This document shows positions 39,655 through 47,688 of a stretch of DNA of 64,000 bases, in pieces. The stretch is from Bdellovibrionales bacterium. GTDB taxonomy: Bacteria; Bdellovibrionota; Bdellovibrionia; Bdellovibrionales; UBA1609. The notes under the pieces are model-generated. The model was not told where the DNA came from and did no database searches. It was given only the letters and a program-made list of their open reading frames with translations. Made by a program: the position numbers and the translations under genes. Where the stretch lies: assembly GCA_027317865.1 (NCBI GenBank), contig DAHVQG010000002.1:249700-313699 (forward strand), read 5' to 3'. Numbering within the stretch: position 1 is the stretch's first letter; each line of letters opens with the position of its first letter.

Positions 39655-40821
39655 TTATGGTATTCCCATTGAAATTCCAAAATTAACAGCATTTGATTCG
39701 GATGATAAATCACCTATTTTGAAAACGTCTTGCAACATTTCGATCCCAATTGAGATGAGTCGTTTATTATTATATAAGCGTACCCATTTAATTCCTGCGG
39801 CGGACTCGTAATTTGTGAAATTTGGCGAAAATTTTGACATGTTAGGAGCATACTTAAAATAGAAATTAAACGCATTTTTGTTATCGAACGAATAGCTAAA
39901 AATTGGATATATTTCTGGCCCCCATAAGTCACCATATCCAAAGTTGAGACCAGACGGGAGCATCGTCATGTAATATAGACCAGCAGCAACACCAATTGAC
40001 CACTTATTTGAATTTAGCGGTAAGGCATAAATTTCGTCGAAATTCCCATGCCAATAGCGGGCATACATTTCATTTTGATTTGTAGAAAAGGGAATATCTC
40101 CGGCGACGTCAATGAAAGACTGCGCCATAATTGCCCACTCCTTCGTAAAGGTATGTTGATATGTAACGTCCATTGTGAACATTTTTTCATTTAAGTGATT
40201 TAGATTCGTTTGCTGGTAGGAGACTGATCGTAGCTCGAACCCAAAGTCCCATTTTGAAGCTCCCTTGAGCCTGTGAGGTTTCATATTGAATTTTAAATGT
40301 TCATGTCTTTTGAGCAACAAGAGGATTACATAAGGCTGCGCCTTTAATGGTGGCCTAGTCGCCAGAAATGGAATTTGAACATGACCGAAAGGCAAATTCA
40401 GAAGAATTTTAAATTGCCCGCTTGTGCCGACGACGATCGCTTTTTGATTTGGTTGCATTTCTTTGACGGTTAAGTTGTGCGTTTTGAAATGCGAATCGAT
40501 TGCGACTGCATCGGTTGCGAATTTAATTTTCGTGCCAGGTCGAGCTTTGCCGAAAAGTAGCACGCGAGCACGCTTACGATCAATTTGTTGATATGTCGTT
40601 TTTAGCCATTGAACTCGAACCTTATTATTGCCGTCAGGAAGCGGAGCCGTTTCAACTTTTGCAGAAAAGGTGTTTAGTGGAGTCACTTGCGCTGCAAGCG
40701 TAAACTGCGACCAAGTGGCCATAGCAAAGAGCGCTATCCAAAACATTTGAAGCCGTACGGCACCGCTCAGATATTTTATTAAGATTGTGCGGACATAAGT
40801 CATCGCAATTGTAATCGGCAA
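39655..40821 (-). CDS. Putative outer-membrane beta-barrel protein
   Basis: Signal-like segment; C-terminal half of alternating aromatic beta-strands; start uncertain. Confidence 0.55.
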   Translation of the reverse strand: MPITIAMTYVRTILIKYLSGAVRLQMFWIALFAMATWSQFTLAAQVTPLNTFSAKVETAPLPDGNNKVRVQWLKTTYQQIDRKRARVLLFGKARPGTKIKFATDAVAIDSHFKTHNLTVKEMQPNQKAIVVGTSGQFKILLNLPFGHVQIPFLATRPPLKAQPYVILLLLKRHEHLKFNMKPHRLKGASKWDFGFELRSVSYQQTNLNHLNEKMFTMDVTYQHTFTKEWAIMAQSFIDVAGDIPFSTNQNEMYARYWHGNFDEIYALPLNSNKWSIGVAAGLYYMTMLPSGLNFGYGDLWGPEIYPIFSYSFDNKNAFNFYFKYAPNMSKFSPNFTNYESAAGIKWVRLYNNKRLISIGIEMLQDVFKIGDLSSESNAVNFGISMGIP

Positions 40822-41126
40822 AAAAGATTCAAGAAATTAAACATTTAGGAGACAAAGGTCGCCAGGTTTAGCAACGTAATACGTTACCTATTAATTTTGG
40901 CCTAGACAGCAGTATAGTTGAGAATGCCCTCTATACCTAAGGTTGATAGTCTAACCGATATCGTTACAACCTTTGTTGAGACTAGAATGCGCTCGGCAAT
41001 CAGAAGAATATAAGCTGCCCCGGCGGCCCTGCCTGTATCGATATACAGGCAATTTCAAGCATTACGCCAAAGTAATCAACCGGTTGGCGCCAGCCAACGG
41101 TAGGTCCAGCTCCGAAATCGCTACCA

Positions 41127-42578
41127 TTAGGCCGACGGCAGCGATTCGTTTCCATGTCTCCCCACGCCGACGCCGACGTCATCGAGACTGACATCGTGGT
41201 CGTTCAGCTCCGAACGAAGACCGTGCCTATCAATTAAAGTGTGAAGCGTCGACGGGCTTATACCCATCCGCGCGGCAGTCTGGCGAAGCGTTGGGCCGAG
41301 GCTAATTTGATACCGAATGAATTCGCGTTCCGCGTTCTGTTGCTGCGTCTTAAATCGTTTATGGCTGGCGTCCAGTACCGGGTTCGCTTTACCGTCAAGG
41401 CTCTGCATTTTCTTGTCGAGGTGATGAAATTCAATTGTATCACTTCGAGTGTTCGTAAGGAGCGCTGACACGTACCCATCCAATTCGCCAACATTTCCGG
41501 GCCACGGATATTTTTCAAGCTGTCGCATGGCCGCTTTACGGAATTCTTTTCGCTCGCCGGTCTCCTTGAAATGTTTGTCGCAAAGATGAAGCACGATCGG
41601 CTCTATATCTTCAGTTCGCTCGCGCAAAGGTGGAATTTCGATGCAAAGAAATTTGATTCTATAATAAAGGTCGGGCAAAAATGATTTGTTGGCTACGCGA
41701 GCCTCAAGGTCAGGATGCGAAGCCACGATCAGCCTAAAATCGACATCAACCTCTTGTTGAGCGCCCACTCGTCGAACTTTCTTCTCGCGAATTACACGCA
41801 GTAGTTTCGCTTGAGCCTGCGGAGCCATGTGATGGATCTCATCCAGAAACACGGTGCCACCTCGCGCGGCTTCGAAAATTCCAACTTTCCGTGCTATAGC
41901 GCCCGTGAACGCGCCTTTCTCATGCCCAAACAGCTCTGACTCAAACAAATTGCCCTCATCCGAGACAGTACAACTGAAGGTAAAAAATTTCTCAGCAGGA
42001 CCATTATGAATCATGCGCGCAAAGATCTCTTTGCCGACCCCAGTTTCTCCGAGAAGGAGCACCGTCTTTTTGGATTGCCGGTAATCCAACGCGTTTGAGA
42101 TACCCTCTGCAAGGGCGCGCGATCTCCCAGCGAGATTTTGCCCTGTAATGATCTTGGTAGCTTCATCTACAGACAGCGTCGGTTTAACCTTTCGCACTTT
42201 TTCATATAGCTCACAGGCTTTACCCAGAGATTCTTTGAGAACGTCGTTGTTTTCGGTGCGTTCAATATAGTTTAGGGCTCCAGCCCGAATAGTGGCCACA
42301 GCGTCATCTTTCGAACCTTCGTAAGCGGTGTAAATAATAGTTATGATTTCGCCGTTTAGTTTTCTTATTTCATCCGCCGTTTGCGGGCCATTTTTTCCGG
42401 GCATACGAAAGTCAATGACCGCTACCGAATATTCTTTAGATGCTGCACGAATACAGTCGATAGCCTCCTCGCCGCTTGTGACGGTGTCGATATTATAACC
42501 CCACCGCTGAATCAAACTTCGTATATCGATTAGGTTGTCTTCGTCATCGTCTACAATGAGAATGTTATGTTTGAGCAT
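41127..42578 (-). CDS. Sigma54-dependent response regulator (REC-AAA+-HTH, NtrC/AtoC family)
   Basis: [46 protein letters not shown]-terminal HTH; start ATG 42578 after GAGG. Confidence 0.93.
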   Translation of the reverse strand: MLKHNILIVDDDEDNLIDIRSLIQRWGYNIDTVTSGEEAIDCIRAASKEYSVAVIDFRMPGKNGPQTADEIRKLNGEIITIIYTAYEGSKDDAVATIRAGALNYIERTENNDVLKESLGKACELYEKVRKVKPTLSVDEATKIITGQNLAGRSRALAEGISNALDYRQSKKTVLLLGETGVGKEIFARMIHNGPAEKFFTFSCTVSDEGNLFESELFGHEKGAFTGAIARKVGIFEAARGGTVFLDEIHHMAPQAQAKLLRVIREKKVRRVGAQQEVDVDFRLIVASHPDLEARVANKSFLPDLYYRIKFLCIEIPPLRERTEDIEPIVLHLCDKHFKETGERKEFRKAAMRQLEKYPWPGNVGELDGYVSALLTNTRSDTIEFHHLDKKMQSLDGKANPVLDASHKRFKTQQQNAEREFIRYQISLGPTLRQTAARMGISPSTLHTLIDRHGLRSELNDHDVSLDDVGVGVGRHGNESLPSA

Positions 42579-44019
42579 GCGCCACCTCGTATCGTTCGGT
42601 TCCTCGGTCGATGTTTGCCGGGCAAAACGAAATAAAAAACTCTGTTCCGCGTCCCACTTCTGACGAAAAGCTAATCGTTGCATTAAAGGAGTCACAAATA
42701 CCTTTTACGACCCCAAGGCCGATGCCGGTGCCTCGAAGAGGTTTTGTTGTAAAATCAACTTCGAAAATTCTTTCGCGATTTTCAATCGGGATACCGCATC
42801 CGCAATCTTTTACAATCATCGTCGGTCTGCCGTCCGCATTCGTAATCCGGATCTCGATTGTTTTCTCCTCGCACTCCGCCATTGCTGCAATTGAATTTTG
42901 CACAATATTTTCGAGTACCCTGTAAAACTCGATTTTGTTTATGTTCGCTGGCGGGACAATTCCGTCTTGGAAAAAATCGATTTGCACGTTATTCCGTAAA
43001 AATTCATGATCGTCGCGCAAACTCGAAATGTAATTACTGACTTCTTCCTTCAATAAAATGACGCTATCGCGACGATCACTAGACGCTCGTTTAATCAATG
43101 GGTAACGAACGAGTCGGATGATGTCACCCAATTGGCTAATAGAGCGTTTAACACGCGCGATTTCTTCGGTATCGTAGCGACCCGTTAATTCAATGGTGCT
43201 GACCATGTTCTCGACTTGCATAGCAAGACGCGAATGGGGTGTTTTTAGGTCGTGGCCAATCTCACGAAGAAGGCCGAAATGGGCCAAAGCGCGAGCTTCA
43301 TTTGCGGCAACTTCTTGAAGTCGTCTTATTTCTAAATGGAGGCCGTCTACTGCTTCTTTCATCGGCGCTAAGTCTGTAAACGGAGCAATCGACCGATTCT
43401 CAATGCGCCTACTTGGCGCATCCTTGAGATGTTTTGCCCATTCCTGAAAGAGTGAAGACAATTTTCGGGTTGCATTGCCGATTGCACTGAATATCCCGAT
43501 CGTGTTGCCGACAAATGCACCAAACAATACAAAGAGAAGGCAGAATAAAATGTTGTAATCGAGTGCGGGCTTGAGTGTAAGGTCAAGGTACCCGAATAGA
43601 TTTTTGTGTCCTGGCTCGTCAAAATATAGTGGGTATAACATGCTCACGCTACGAAAGTGCGGCGACCAACATGACACGTTGGGGCTGAAGCAGTTGGGTC
43701 GGACGGGCGACTTTGGATCAACCGAATAGATTTCTTTTAATTTTGCATTTCGAACGACTGCGGATTCTCCAGCTTTTAACCCAAGCGCTGTTTGCATTTG
43801 AATTTCGGCGTCGCGCACGTCTCCTTGTAGAATCATGGGCCGGTATGCAGTTGCAGCCGCGCGTGCAACGGTCAAAAGCTGTCGCTCCGATACATTTTTT
43901 TGAGCGTAAAATAAAATTGGAGCGGCGATTGCGGTTGCAACTACGAATGAGACAAGCGACCATCGTATCGTTTGCCGTCGAAAATATGATTCTAAAGATG
44001 TGCCTTTTTCGTCGCGCAT
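42565..44019 (-). CDS. Membrane sensor histidine kinase
   Basis: Two TMs around a periplasmic domain; GHDLKTP, NIVQNS, DCGCGI, FTTK, GTGIGL. Confidence 0.92.
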   Translation of the reverse strand: MRDEKGTSLESYFRRQTIRWSLVSFVVATAIAAPILFYAQKNVSERQLLTVARAAATAYRPMILQGDVRDAEIQMQTALGLKAGESAVVRNAKLKEIYSVDPKSPVRPNCFSPNVSCWSPHFRSVSMLYPLYFDEPGHKNLFGYLDLTLKPALDYNILFCLLFVLFGAFVGNTIGIFSAIGNATRKLSSLFQEWAKHLKDAPSRRIENRSIAPFTDLAPMKEAVDGLHLEIRRLQEVAANEARALAHFGLLREIGHDLKTPHSRLAMQVENMVSTIELTGRYDTEEIARVKRSISQLGDIIRLVRYPLIKRASSDRRDSVILLKEEVSNYISSLRDDHEFLRNNVQIDFFQDGIVPPANINKIEFYRVLENIVQNSIAAMAECEEKTIEIRITNADGRPTMIVKDCGCGIPIENRERIFEVDFTTKPLRGTGIGLGVVKGICDSFNATISFSSEVGRGTEFFISFCPANIDRGTERYEVAHAQT

Positions 44020-44024
44020 TTTTC

Positions 44025-45485
44025 CTACTTAAAACGAATTTTTGACCAAGTAACCGATTCATCCGATAGGGGCACTTTTGAAAAATCTAAGCCGTCGCGG
44101 CCGATGCCGACAGTAGAAAGATGCATCAGCGGGAGAACATATCCATCCCTCACGGCTTCGGCGACAATTCTTCTCATTGCGGCCACCCGCTGCACTGGAT
44201 CAGTCATGCGTCGAGCGGCATCAAGCAATTTTACACAGTTGATAGTCCCAGATGGAACGACTGGTGTCGTTCCTTCGAAGTAGAAAGACATAATCCCTTC
44301 GGGATCTGGATCAGCAATCCCATATGTGCCCGCATAAAGATCGAAGTTGCCGACCTCGCGCCGCTGAAAAGCTTCCTGAAGTGGTAACGATATAAAATTC
44401 GCCTCTATCCCCAATTTTTTGAGCGCTATCTCAATATTGTGTTTGAGATGAGGCGGCACTCTCGCCGGGCTCATCAAAATATCCAATTTCTTTTTGAACG
44501 ATTCACCCGCCTCACCATCTTTTGGCTGCTGATAATTTAAATCGTATAGCTGGTAGCCTTTAGGAAACAGCTGATGGGCGACTGTGAAACCTGAAAGTCC
44601 TTCGGTCAGCGTACTACGATCGAGGTGCGCATTGAGAAACTGAAGTAATGCGTAGCCCTGGCTATTTCTCATCCGCTTGCCAAGTTCAAACAGAAAGACT
44701 TTGTCGATCGGCCGCCGCCATACTTGATAACCGCTAGATTCATAGCTGTGAGATAAGTCGCGAGAGAGGAGTGACGAAGTTTCGATAAAATTTGGCCATC
44801 TGTCATTTAACAGCACTGATTGAGAATCCATGGTCAGACTTGGACGCCGAATGATCACCTCTTCAGCCACGCCGTCCGAAAAATTGTGCCAATTCGGATT
44901 GCGTTTCAATATCAACTCTTCATGAGACCCTGAAGATAAATAAAATGCGCCCGTACTTACCGAAAGATTAATTTCACCATTAGGCTGCACTTTCAAAATA
45001 CCGTAATTTGGCTCAGTGAGTTTCTGGAGAAAAGTGCTTTGAGCAGCAGGCATCTTTAAATAAAAAGTGATGGTCGTCTGATTAGGGCATTCGATTCTCT
45101 CCAGCATGTTGGCGAGGCTTCTCATGTCTTCCGGATATTTTTTTAAATCGCGCTCAAAACTTCGCTTAATTTCTTCACTAGTTATAGGAGAACCGTCAGA
45201 CCATTTGGCATTTGGGCGCAACGTGAAGCTGTAGGCATTCTCAGCCGAAATTTTCCACGTTGCAGCAAGGCCCGAGGTCAATTGCTTTGCCGGGCTCCAT
45301 TCAACCAACGTGCTGGCCAGAGCATACGAAAGATCCATATCTGGAATGATCACAATTTTTGCCGGGTCAACGGGGTAGTTAAACGGCAGGTATGTTCTGA
45401 TCTCTTTCATTGGTCTCTCCGGGGTTTTAGTGACCGCCTCACTTCGAATCGCAATAATACTCAATAGCAATATTAAAATTTTCAT
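44025..45485 (-). CDS. Family-5 (OppA/DppA-like) periplasmic binding protein with no linked permease or ATPase
   Basis: Signal peptide; GLA..W, FTLRPNAKWSDGSPITSEEI..SF, STGAFYL, L.RNPNW. Confidence 0.85.
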   Translation of the reverse strand: MKILILLLSIIAIRSEAVTKTPERPMKEIRTYLPFNYPVDPAKIVIIPDMDLSYALASTLVEWSPAKQLTSGLAATWKISAENAYSFTLRPNAKWSDGSPITSEEIKRSFERDLKKYPEDMRSLANMLERIECPNQTTITFYLKMPAAQSTFLQKLTEPNYGILKVQPNGEINLSVSTGAFYLSSGSHEELILKRNPNWHNFSDGVAEEVIIRRPSLTMDSQSVLLNDRWPNFIETSSLLSRDLSHSYESSGYQVWRRPIDKVFLFELGKRMRNSQGYALLQFLNAHLDRSTLTEGLSGFTVAHQLFPKGYQLYDLNYQQPKDGEAGESFKKKLDILMSPARVPPHLKHNIEIALKKLGIEANFISLPLQEAFQRREVGNFDLYAGTYGIADPDPEGIMSFYFEGTTPVVPSGTINCVKLLDAARRMTDPVQRVAAMRRIVAEAVRDGYVLPLMHLSTVGIGRDGLDFSKVPLSDESVTWSKIRFK

Positions 45486-45494
45486 TTATAAAAT

Positions 45495-45532
45495 GGGCTG
45501 AAGCAGTTGCGTGAAGTGCGACTGCTCCGCCC
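45495..45532 (-). terminator. Stem-loop between peptide and SBP genes (partial terminator or mRNA stabiliser)
   Basis: Minus strand GGGCGGAGCAGTCGC-ACTTCAC-GCAACTGCTTCAGCCC then ATTTT. Confidence 0.6.
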
Positions 45533-45540
45533 AACCTCGC

Positions 45541-45690
45541 TTATCCGCAAGACGCGCCAGATGCGCCAAATTGTACTATTCCGCCACAAGGCTCGGCACC
45601 TTGGGCTGACGTCATCAAGTGTCGAGCACCAAATGAAAAATAGGTGCCCGCGATTAACATCGCGAACATCAGATTTTTTAGTTTGGACAT
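45541..45690 (-). CDS. 49-aa putative RiPP precursor / signalling peptide
   Basis: SD AGGAG before ATG 45690; MSKLKNLMFAMLIAGTYFSFGARHLMTSAQGAEPCGGIVQFGASGASCG; starts 19 nt after the YcaO stop. Confidence 0.8.
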   Translation of the reverse strand: MSKLKNLMFAMLIAGTYFSFGARHLMTSAQGAEPCGGIVQFGASGASCG

Positions 45691-45709
45691 TTTTTCTCCT
45701 TCGACTCCG

Positions 45710-46765
45710 CTACGGTACACAATGAGGCAAAGAGCAGAGTCTATTTGTTTGCCGCACATTCCAAAGTCGACGCCGATTCAACAGGCCAATCCTGTCTGCA
45801 TCGGCCGTTCGACCAAAAAATAATTTTTGTACTTCATTACTTGAGCAGTATCCGACTGAAATCGGCCCTGAAATAACCTGATGAAATTCGGCGTTCCGAG
45901 TGCGCCGAGAAAACTCATTGTACTGATTACGCCACGTTTTATTAAGTTCACTATACGAAACGACCGGCCCGAATATCCACTCCGGTACTGGAATGTGATA
46001 CGCGTAGACCATTGCGTGGTCGATAGGCGTGAAGCTACTAGCGGCAATGTCGCGTGCTAGGTTTCGAGATGACTCCTTAAATTCGCCGGCCATTTCAACT
46101 TCACCAATGCGACAGGTTTCAGCCAACGCTTTATAAACGGCCTCACCCAAGGTCGCGGCGCTCGCTTGCGACATTAGACCGTGACCGTCAGACGAGAGAA
46201 GCAATGTCATTACGGCCGGCACAACGCCTTCAGTGGTCGCAAAAACACAAAGTCTCTTGAATCGAGGATGTAGTGCGAGTTCGTTGTGGCCCCAATCGCG
46301 CAACCATTCAGGAGCAGATTCTAGATCAACACTTAAAAAAGATTTTTCGCAAAGCCAGTGAGCCAAAATGGCGTCTCGCTCGTACAACTCTTCAACGGCC
46401 GATTTTTGTACCCGTACTGGGTCGACGTGTGCCGCCCAACCGTTTGACGTCAATATTTTTGGATCGCGGGCTTTCATCATTTTGTAAACTGCGCGCTCAA
46501 CGCCTTCGACGATACATTTTTGATTGGCTACGAGCTGACTTTCAGATTCTCCGTAGCCGTAACCCAAGTCGTCACCCGCTCGAACTTCGCTCACAAATGA
46601 AAATTTCGAAAATCGTAAGCCCGGCGACCTTTGAGATCTGAACAACTTTTTTACTTTTATATCGATGATCTCGCCGCTAGAAAGGGTTGCTTTGACACCG
46701 TCTAGGTACACGGCGATTTTACCGCTATTCATAATCGCTCGAATTTCTGTCCGTACACTTCTCAT
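45710..46765 (-). CDS. YcaO-family protein (stand-alone)
   Basis: EGVER, TSNGWAAH, ELYERDA, ALAE motifs; C-terminal PHCVP resembling the YcaO PxPxP tail. Confidence 0.85.
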   Translation of the reverse strand: MRSVRTEIRAIMNSGKIAVYLDGVKATLSSGEIIDIKVKKLFRSQRSPGLRFSKFSFVSEVRAGDDLGYGYGESESQLVANQKCIVEGVERAVYKMMKARDPKILTSNGWAAHVDPVRVQKSAVEELYERDAILAHWLCEKSFLSVDLESAPEWLRDWGHNELALHPRFKRLCVFATTEGVVPAVMTLLLSSDGHGLMSQASAATLGEAVYKALAETCRIGEVEMAGEFKESSRNLARDIAASSFTPIDHAMVYAYHIPVPEWIFGPVVSYSELNKTWRNQYNEFSRRTRNAEFHQVISGPISVGYCSSNEVQKLFFGRTADADRIGLLNRRRLWNVRQTNRLCSLPHCVP

Positions 46766-46815
46766 TCAAAAGCTCTCTTCATGGCGGCAAAGAAAACCGC
46801 ACAACTTTCCACCTG

Positions 46816-46832
46816 AGCATTTCGCGGGCCAA
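46816..46832 (-). promoter_or_regulatory. Putative sigma54 promoter of the ycaO-peptide-SBP-HK-RR operon
   Basis: TTGGCCCGCGAAATGCT = GG-N10-GC, about 50 nt upstream of the ycaO ATG. Confidence 0.7.
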
Positions 46833-46930
46833 TGGCACCGGACCATCAAAAATGAGGTCTAAGAACTTGAAAGTACGGGAGTTTATCACTTGCTTAAAAA
46901 TTAAGCAGCGGGAAATATTTACTATGAAGA

Positions 46931-47049
46931 TGGACGTAGTTACGTCCACCTGGCGGGTGGCAAACCGGCGATTGTAGGTACAAGTCAGCAAAAGTATTCA
47001 ACTTATCTTATTTATTTGAATTTATGAGTGGTGGACGCGTTTACGTCCA
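46931..47049. promoter_or_regulatory. Two palindromic enhancer-like sites
   Basis: TGGACGTA-GT-TACGTCCA (46931-46948, perfect) and TGGACGCG-TT-TACGTCCA (47032-47049); further half-site at 47325-47332. Confidence 0.75.
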
Positions 47050-47688
47050 CTAACCTTCATTTCGTATTTAAACGACAGCCATGGTGATCGGATTTGCGTT
47101 CGGGCGCCGAAAACCCGGCTAATTTTCACTTGGCGCCGAAGGGTTCGAACTATTATCAGGCCGTTACTCTGCCATTGCATTATTAAACGAAGCTCCGGGT
47201 TGACCGTAAAACGTGTCAAAAAAGGACATTAACAGCCGCGATTCTCGATGTGTCTTCAGCGGATGCGCCGGCGCGGGCTGAACTCTTGCCGCATACGAGT
47301 CCTCGGACTATTTATACAGCGAACTACGTCCACGCCGCGTTTGAGCGCGCCCTTGGCTGCCAGACCAGCTAATATTCTTCAGTTTGATTTACACTCCATT
47401 TAGCGTAGCCAGCGCAGTCAAACCTTACCGTAACCACAAAACAGGGTGTTGATTGTCGAGCATCGTTTGTCGCTTGAGTTTGTCAAAATGTTTATTTTAA
47501 TTTTCTTCAACTTCAAACTAAATTGATTTCACTAAATATTTAGTGCCTCAAAACGAGTGCGTCGAGGTGGAAACACATTTAAATCAATTTAATTTAATTA
47601 TGTAACACCGATCCGGTTAAAGGTTTTTTAAGAACTAGCCGATGGTCTGGTGTTCCACAAATTTGAACGTGACCGGGGGGGGAATTCT

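Noticed and set aside
40873-40885. AACGTA-A-TACGTT palindrome resembling the enhancer core
   Set aside because: One-base spacer, different flanks and no sigma54 element found; not counted as a site.
45691-45759. ORF-track 72-aa version of the peptide
   Set aside because: It overlaps the ycaO end; the SD directly precedes ATG 45690, favouring 49 aa.
47675-47682. G8 tract as a phase-variation switch
   Set aside because: It lies upstream of the likely ATG (47689) and can serve as the SD; no evidence of length variation.
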